DNA of 42,128 nt from Vulcanimicrobiales bacterium (GTDB taxonomy: Bacteria > Vulcanimicrobiota > Vulcanimicrobiia > Vulcanimicrobiales > Vulcanimicrobiaceae), in assembly GCA_038231455.1 (NCBI GenBank), contig JBBRLI010000026.1, forward strand, positions 1 to 42,128. Direction: 5' to 3'. Both the position numbers and the translations under genes were made by a program. A model generated the notes under the pieces. The model searched no databases. It was not told where the DNA came from and saw only the letters and a list, made by a program, of their open reading frames with translations. Positions 37,266-42,128 of the stretch are shown in pieces (position 1 is the first letter of the stretch; each line of letters begins with the position of its first letter).

Positions 37266-37342
37266 TCGTCCTCGCGCGCCCCGTTTAACGTAAGAGCAAG
37301 AATCAGCTTGCCGTGGCGCGTCGGAAGCGCTAGGGTACGGCT

Positions 37343-38038
37343 ATGCCAACGCACCTTCACCTCGATTGGACCGCGATCGAAAGCAGCCTTCACCGCGATG
37401 GGTATGCGCTCGTTGAGGACGTGCTCGACGTCGCCGCGTGCGCCGAACTCCGCGCGGGATATGAAACCGACGCCTTTCGTTCGCGCGTGATCATGGAGCG
37501 CCACAATTTCGGCCGGGGGGAGTATCAATACTACGCGTATCCATTGCCGCGATTGATCGCGCGGTTGCGCGCCGATATATACGCCGAGCTTGCACCGATC
37601 GCCAACCGTTGGACGGAAGCCCTCAAACGCCCCGAACGATTTCCGCTCGCGCAGCAAGAGATGCTCGCGCTGTGCGCCGAGCACGGACAGGAGCGGCCGA
37701 CGGCGCTCATTCTCAAATATGGCGCCGGCGATTTCAACGCGCTCCATCAGGATCTCTACGGTGAGGTCGCGTTCCCGTTTCAACTGACGATCTTTCTTAG
37801 CGAACCCGAGGTCGATTATACCGGCGGCGAGTTCGTGCTCGTCGAGCAGCGTCCACGCGCGCAGAGTCGACCCGAGGTGTTGCGTCCCCGGCGCGGAGCC
37901 ATGCTCGTTTTTCCCAATCGCTATCGTCCCGTTGCATCGCCTACCGGGATGTATCGGACGACGATCAAGCACGGCGTGAGCACGTTACGCAGCGGCGAGC
38001 GCTTCACGCTCGGGATTATCTTCCACGACGCCAAGTGA
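37343..38038 (+). CDS. 2OG-Fe(II) oxygenase (DUF2086 / Oxygenase-NA family)
   Basis: FRSRVIMERHNFGRGEYQY, RPTALILKY, LHQDLYGEVAFP, GGEFVLVEQRPRAQSR, HGVS, TLGIIFHDA. Confidence 0.92.
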   Translation: MPTHLHLDWTAIESSLHRDGYALVEDVLDVAACAELRAGYETDAFRSRVIMERHNFGRGEYQYYAYPLPRLIARLRADIYAELAPIANRWTEALKRPERFPLAQQEMLALCAEHGQERPTALILKYGAGDFNALHQDLYGEVAFPFQLTIFLSEPEVDYTGGEFVLVEQRPRAQSRPEVLRPRRGAMLVFPNRYRPVASPTGMYRTTIKHGVSTLRSGERFTLGIIFHDAK

Positions 38039-38056
38039 ACTCGTGAGCGAGGAGAA

Positions 38057-38946
38057 TTAGCCTCGCGTCCGATGCACGAACGCCCGGTCATCCCAATTGG
38101 CACTTCGGACGCCCGCAGCGTAACCGCTGCGCAAAAAAGCAAGGAGCGTCGCGCGCGGGTCGGCGGATTCGCGAACGCGATCGTACGGGAGACCACCGAT
38201 ATGTCCGGCGCCGGATGGATACCACGCTCCGCCCGCGGCGAGCGGTTGTGTCGGCAACGTCGCCGGTTCGGGCGCGGTATACGTGTAAAATGTCGGTGCT
38301 GACGTAGTCGCATCGCCGGGCCAAAAGCCAAAGGCAATGACTTCGTGCGAGTACGCTTCTGCCTGCACCGCGTCGGCCTTTGGCGGCCCGTCCGCGGGAC
38401 GGCCGTTGTAGCGACCCATCGCAAGATCGAAACCGTGCCAGAAGAGCTGCGGTACGCTTTGCTTCCCGAGAAACTCAGCGGAGAATTCTTCGAAGACGTC
38501 GCTCGTCCAGCGGACGATCTCCCACCAGCGGCCAACGGCCGAGGCATCGTAGCTACGATGTTCGGTGTCTTGCGCGAACGGCGTCGCGATCGGTACGCCG
38601 TAAGGTCGACCGACGATCGCAGCCTCGATTCCGTGTTCGCGCAACATCGTAAAGAGCGAGTCGTGGAATTCAGCGACGCTCTTGCCGAGCGCGATAGCGG
38701 CACTTCCATCGTCGGTCGTGAGGACAAGACGATGATCGAAGAAATCGAAAGACAGCGAGAAAAACACATCACCGGCCCGCAGCCGTTGCGTGGATAGCCC
38801 CGAACCTCCGGCCGCAGCGTCACGTTCCACCAGTGGTTCTGCAGAGCCGAGTTTTGCAAACGAATTTTCCCGACGACCTGCGTGTAAAGGTGCAGCGTCG
38901 TTTTCGTCGGTTCCCAAAGGGCGTAGGGGAGCGGGGGCAGCGTCAT
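38057..38946 (-). pseudogene. DUF5996 family protein, frameshifted
   Basis: N-terminus LPPLPYALWEPTKTTLHLYTQVVGKIRL..NHWWNVTL is in one frame; the rest (FDFFDHRL, FLGKQSVPQLFWHGFDLA, EAYSHEVIAFGFWPG) is in another. The switch is at the C4 run 38798-38801. Confidence 0.8.
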
Positions 38947-38961
38947 TAAGGGAGACTCCTC

Positions 38962-39348
38962 GTGAATGCGCATATTGAAACCAATCCGGTCATCGATCCG
39001 TCGGGCATCCCGTACGGCCCGGAAAACTGCCCGATTCGTTCGGCAATCGACGCGATCGGTGATGACAAGTGGAAACTTACCGTGTTCCTTGAAATCGCGC
39101 GCACCGGCGTGCTGCGTTTTCGAGCGATGCTTCGCGCAATTCCGATGATTCGCACGAAAGCACTCAGCAAAGCGCTACGAGCACTCGAAGAAGACGGTCT
39201 TGTCGACCGACGTTCGTACGACGAACTTCCGCTACGAGTTGAATATCGTCTCACGGCGCGGGCGGCTGCGCTAATCCCGATCTTGCTCCAGCTGCAAGAG
39301 TGGTATGGGGCTCCGCGTTTGCGCGCGCTACCGGCACCGCGGGACTAG
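38962..39348 (+). CDS. HxlR family winged-helix regulator
   Basis: CPIRSAIDAIGDDKWK, LRF, LSKALRALEEDGLVDR, PLRVEYRLT. Confidence 0.9.
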   Translation: MNAHIETNPVIDPSGIPYGPENCPIRSAIDAIGDDKWKLTVFLEIARTGVLRFRAMLRAIPMIRTKALSKALRALEEDGLVDRRSYDELPLRVEYRLTARAAALIPILLQLQEWYGAPRLRALPAPRD

Positions 39349-39989
39349 TCGGCCTGTAAACGATTGCGCATTTGCCACTCAACCGGGCTCGGAAAAAAGT
39401 AGATGATCGGCGTGACCGCATAGACGATAATGCTCGAGGTAATGCTGACGTACGAGAGCAACCCACCGATCGTGTACAACACCGGGTACATGATCCCGCG
39501 AATGGTCGAGAGTCGGAGCGCCCACGTGGGTGCTCCGCTGCGTTCGTCCATGTTGTGCGTACGACGCACGTGCGCGAAGAGCACGTTGAAGGCAACGCCG
39601 GTGGCCGCGAACGTGAGCCCGTAAAGCATCACGATGGGTTGCAAGGTGCCGTACTTTGCAATGAGCGCGGTTGGGAACGAGATGAACGATACAAAGAGCA
39701 ACAGGACCAGATTGAGCACGAGCGTCACGCGGTCGAGACGCCGAAGCGCGTGAAAGACCGTGTGGTGGTTCATCCAGATCAGTCCGATCACCATAAAACT
39801 TGTGATGTACGCTAAAAAGATGCGCCACTCACCGAGCAGCGCATTCACGGCATCCGTGCCGCTAAAGGGTTCCTTGAGTTCGGGGACTTTTATTTCCAAC
39901 ACCAGCAGCGTTGCGGCGATCGCGAAGATGCCGTCGCTAAAGGCTTCGAGGCGGTTCTTGCTGAGAATCTCGCCGACGGGTTCGCTCAC
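39345..39989 (-). CDS. TMEM175 family (DUF1211) potassium channel
   Basis: RLEAFSDGIFAIAATLLVLEI, SFMVIGLIWMNHH, FISFPT. Confidence 0.92.
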   Translation of the reverse strand: MSEPVGEILSKNRLEAFSDGIFAIAATLLVLEIKVPELKEPFSGTDAVNALLGEWRIFLAYITSFMVIGLIWMNHHTVFHALRRLDRVTLVLNLVLLLFVSFISFPTALIAKYGTLQPIVMLYGLTFAATGVAFNVLFAHVRRTHNMDERSGAPTWALRLSTIRGIMYPVLYTIGGLLSYVSITSSIIVYAVTPIIYFFPSPVEWQMRNRLQAD

Positions 39990-40681
39990 CCGAGACTGTC
40001 GTGAAAATCGACGTCGACGTGGGTGCCGTCGCAGAATGGCTTGTTCGAAGATTTTCCGCAGCGGCAGAGTGTCTGTCGATTGCGTACCTCGTACGCTTGG
40101 CCGTCTTGACCGATCACCTGAATGCCGCCGCGCACCCAGAGTGGTCCGCCACTGTTCTTCGCTGGATCTTCCGTCACGCTAATCGATTGTGCGAGCTCCG
40201 GTTCGATCGCCGCGTCCGTCGCCTTGTTACGGAGCACGAGGCGGCCGGAGGGACAACTCACGCCTTCGTGGATCGTGGTCTGCTCTTTCTCGCCGCCGGT
40301 CGCTTCCGTCACGAGTTGCCAGATCGTGCCGTCGTTATCGCAGAAGCGTGCGAACGCGCAGAGCACGTCGGCATCCTGCAGCTCCATCAGGGGTCCGTCG
40401 ATGGTCTTCGCTTGTTCGACGAACGGTTTGTGCGAGGCAGTTTCTTTGCCGTCCCATTCGACTCTGGCATGCGTGCCGTCGCAATACGGCTTGGTTGCCG
40501 ACTGCCCGCAACGGCACAGCGCGTATTTCTCTTTGGTTTCGAAGGTCTGACCCGGCTCCCACGTCCACGATCCGCCATCGGCTTTCGTGCCAATCGTCTC
40601 GACGTTCAGCGGAACCGAACCGGAGACGAGATAGGGGCCGTTGGGGGCAATTACAATCTTAGAGGCGTTTGTGTCTGCCAT
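39986..40681 (-). CDS. CDGSH iron-sulfur protein with central divergent 4Fe-4S domain
   Basis: NGPY, LCRCGQSATKPYCDGTH, LCAFARFC..CPSGRL, LCRCGKSSNKPFCDGTH; own TATACT -10 lies 8 nt before ATG 40681. Confidence 0.92.
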   Translation of the reverse strand: MADTNASKIVIAPNGPYLVSGSVPLNVETIGTKADGGSWTWEPGQTFETKEKYALCRCGQSATKPYCDGTHARVEWDGKETASHKPFVEQAKTIDGPLMELQDADVLCAFARFCDNDGTIWQLVTEATGGEKEQTTIHEGVSCPSGRLVLRNKATDAAIEPELAQSISVTEDPAKNSGGPLWVRGGIQVIGQDGQAYEVRNRQTLCRCGKSSNKPFCDGTHVDVDFHDSLG

Positions 40682-40755
40682 GTCCGCCGAGTATACGAGT
40701 AAGCCCACTGCTGAGGCAAGCGGGTTCCACAAAGAAACTACCCCGCCAACGGTCC

Positions 40756-41655
40756 TTACTTCAGATAACGATCTAAATAAGCAAGCCGGCCTTCGTAGAG
40801 GTCGGTTCCGCGCACGATATCGCTTGGGTAGTGCCCGCACCGGATAGGCGACAAATTCGGCCGTCTTCCCATTGTCGATGAGCGCGTGATACATCTTGTA
40901 GGATTCTGTGATCGGCACGCGCGCGTCGCCGACATCGGAGAGAATGAGCACGGGACAGGTGACGTTTGCCGCGTACGTGAGCGGCGATTGTGCGACGTAG
41001 TCGGCCATGTTCCCCGTAAACGGCGAGTCTTTGTAGCTATACGCTCCGGTGACGTTGCCGTCGGAGAGCGCGTATTCATCGACTTGATCGTTGACGGCCG
41101 CGCCGGAGATCGCGACTTTCCAAATGTGGTAGTGACCGATCAGCCACGAGGTCATGTAGCCGCCGTACGACCAGCCCGAAACGCCAATCCGTTTCGTATC
41201 GATCTTGACGTGTTTATCGAGAGCCGCGATACCCGCCATCACGTCTTTGACCGGACCGTCGCCTGCGTCGTTATAGATTGCCCGCTGGTAGGCGTTGCCG
41301 AGGTTATCACTCCCACGATAGTTGGGCTCAAAGACGATGTAATCGTGCGCGGCGATGAGTTGTGGGAACGAACCGAACGAGCGTTCCGAAGCGTATTGCG
41401 GTCCACCGTGGATGTAGAGTACGAGCGGGTACGCACGCGCGGGATTGTAACCCAGCGGGTACGTGACGACTCCGTATTCGTGGAAACCGTTTGGACCGTT
41501 CCAATCGATTGCTTCGTTGCGCCCAAGCGCGACCGTTTTGGGCAACGCGTCGTTGAGATGCGTGAGCTGACGCGGCGCGGCGCTGGGCGATGTAAGATAG
41601 TAGAGTTCGGTTTGGTGGAGCGGTGTGCTGCCGGGGAACGCGATCGCACCGTGTT
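40756..41655 (-). pseudogene. S9 family (acylaminoacyl/dipeptidyl) peptidase, C-terminal remnant, frameshifted
   Basis: PLVLYIHGGP, PNYRGS, GWSYGG, DARVP. The catalytic His segment GHYP..YLDRYLK is in a different frame after about 40835. The 5' part is replaced by IS3 sequence. Confidence 0.85.
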
Positions 41656-41987
41656 GCTCGCACGTTTGACCCTAGCGTGATCGGCGGAGTTAATCGCGTT
41701 TGGGCCGGCGACATCACCTACTTGCCCACGCGCGAAGGTTGGATGTATTTGGCAGTCGTGATTGATTTGGGTTCGCGACACGTTGTTGGTTGGTCGATGG
41801 CCTCGAAGATGCGCGATGACCTGGTAATCGCAGCTCTCGATTCAGCTCTCGCTGCTCGGCGACCAAATGACGGTACGATTTTCGATTCAGACCGCGGCTG
41901 GCAGTATGCAAGCGATGACTTTCGTGCTGTAGCGAAACGCCATGGATTGACGCTCAGCATGAGCGCAAAAGGCGACTGTTGGGACAA
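41653..41987 (+). mobile_element. IS3-family transposase (rve integrase core) internal fragment
   Basis: NRVWAGDITYLPTREGWMYLAVVIDLGSRHVVGWSM, SDRGWQYAS, SMSAKGDCWDN; no left end visible. Confidence 0.9.
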
Positions 41988-42128
41988 CGGAATGTGTCAA
42001 TGGGTTTGAGGCCACCGGCTATGCGGCTTGAGTGGATTCGGGTCGGTTGATGTAGGCGATGTTTGCGAGCGCCGGTGGCTCCGGTTGACCGCGAACGAAA
42101 CGTTCCGGGTGCTTGGTAAAGGCGTGAT
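41988..42128 (-). mobile_element. Right end of a second IS (IS3-family-type transposase C-terminus, CDS 42019 to >42128)
   Basis: Minus strand reads HAFTKHPERFVRGQPEPPALANIAYINRP..stop, a typical transposase tail, followed by the IR-like CTCAAACCCATTGACACATTCCG. Confidence 0.72.

Noticed and set aside
39986-41545. 519-aa apparent S9 peptidase-CDGSH fusion in the ORF track
   Set aside because: It is an artefact of the frameshift at about 40835. The true peptidase C-terminus (GHYP..RYLK) ends at 40756 in another frame, and the CDGSH gene has its own promoter and ATG at 40681.
41995-42000. Outward TTGACA in the IS end as a hybrid promoter for the peptidase remnant
   Set aside because: No -10-like hexamer at 16-18 bp spacing on the minus strand.
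1-42128. CRISPR arrays, tRNA/rRNA genes, prophage
   Set aside because: No regularly spaced repeats, tRNA cloverleaf signatures or phage genes were seen, and the intergenic gaps are too short.

Overview
A gene-dense, GC-rich window from a diderm bacterium. The TonB-dependent receptor (TBDR) architecture and several lineage-type secreted proteins suggest Eremiobacterota/Vulcanimicrobiota, which is an inference I cannot verify without a search. From left to right it carries: two tandem paralogous TBDRs, the second behind 11-bp-phased CTTAAG repeats resembling a Pho box; an EVE-domain gene; an AT-rich orphan; ppk1; an OpuC/OsmF-type betaine ABC importer converging on an egtD-C26 gamma-glutamyl hydrolase-COG4705 unit; two tandem dienelactone hydrolases, the second lacking the catalytic Cys; a lytic transglycosylase; a hydroxylase/desaturase with a plant/Chloroflexi-type MGDG-synthase-like glycosyltransferase and an M20 amidohydrolase; a ROK kinase; paralogous secreted orphans; a YkgJ Fe-S protein with a COG1233 oxidoreductase; a CHRD/SOD-like protein; an AhpD-like peroxidase; a PLP dehydratase; prfC sharing a CATG start with a DMT transporter; an ABATE/CGNR regulator divergent from a Cys-less AhpD-like gene, with two clear operator palindromes; a lipoprotein-Alr-like-GH130 operon; ctaA-ctaB-MFS; a DUF2086 oxygenase; frameshifted DUF5996 with HxlR; CDGSH-TMEM175; and a truncated S9 peptidase broken by nested IS3-family remnants. 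I recognised no rRNA, tRNA or CRISPR array. The best candidates for novel systems are the egtD/class-I gamma-glutamyl hydrolase/betaine-importer locus (a possible alternative ergothioneine pathway), the CGNR/pseudo-AhpD switch, the active plus nucleophile-less hydrolase pair, and the MGDG-synthase/hydroxylase glycolipid operon.
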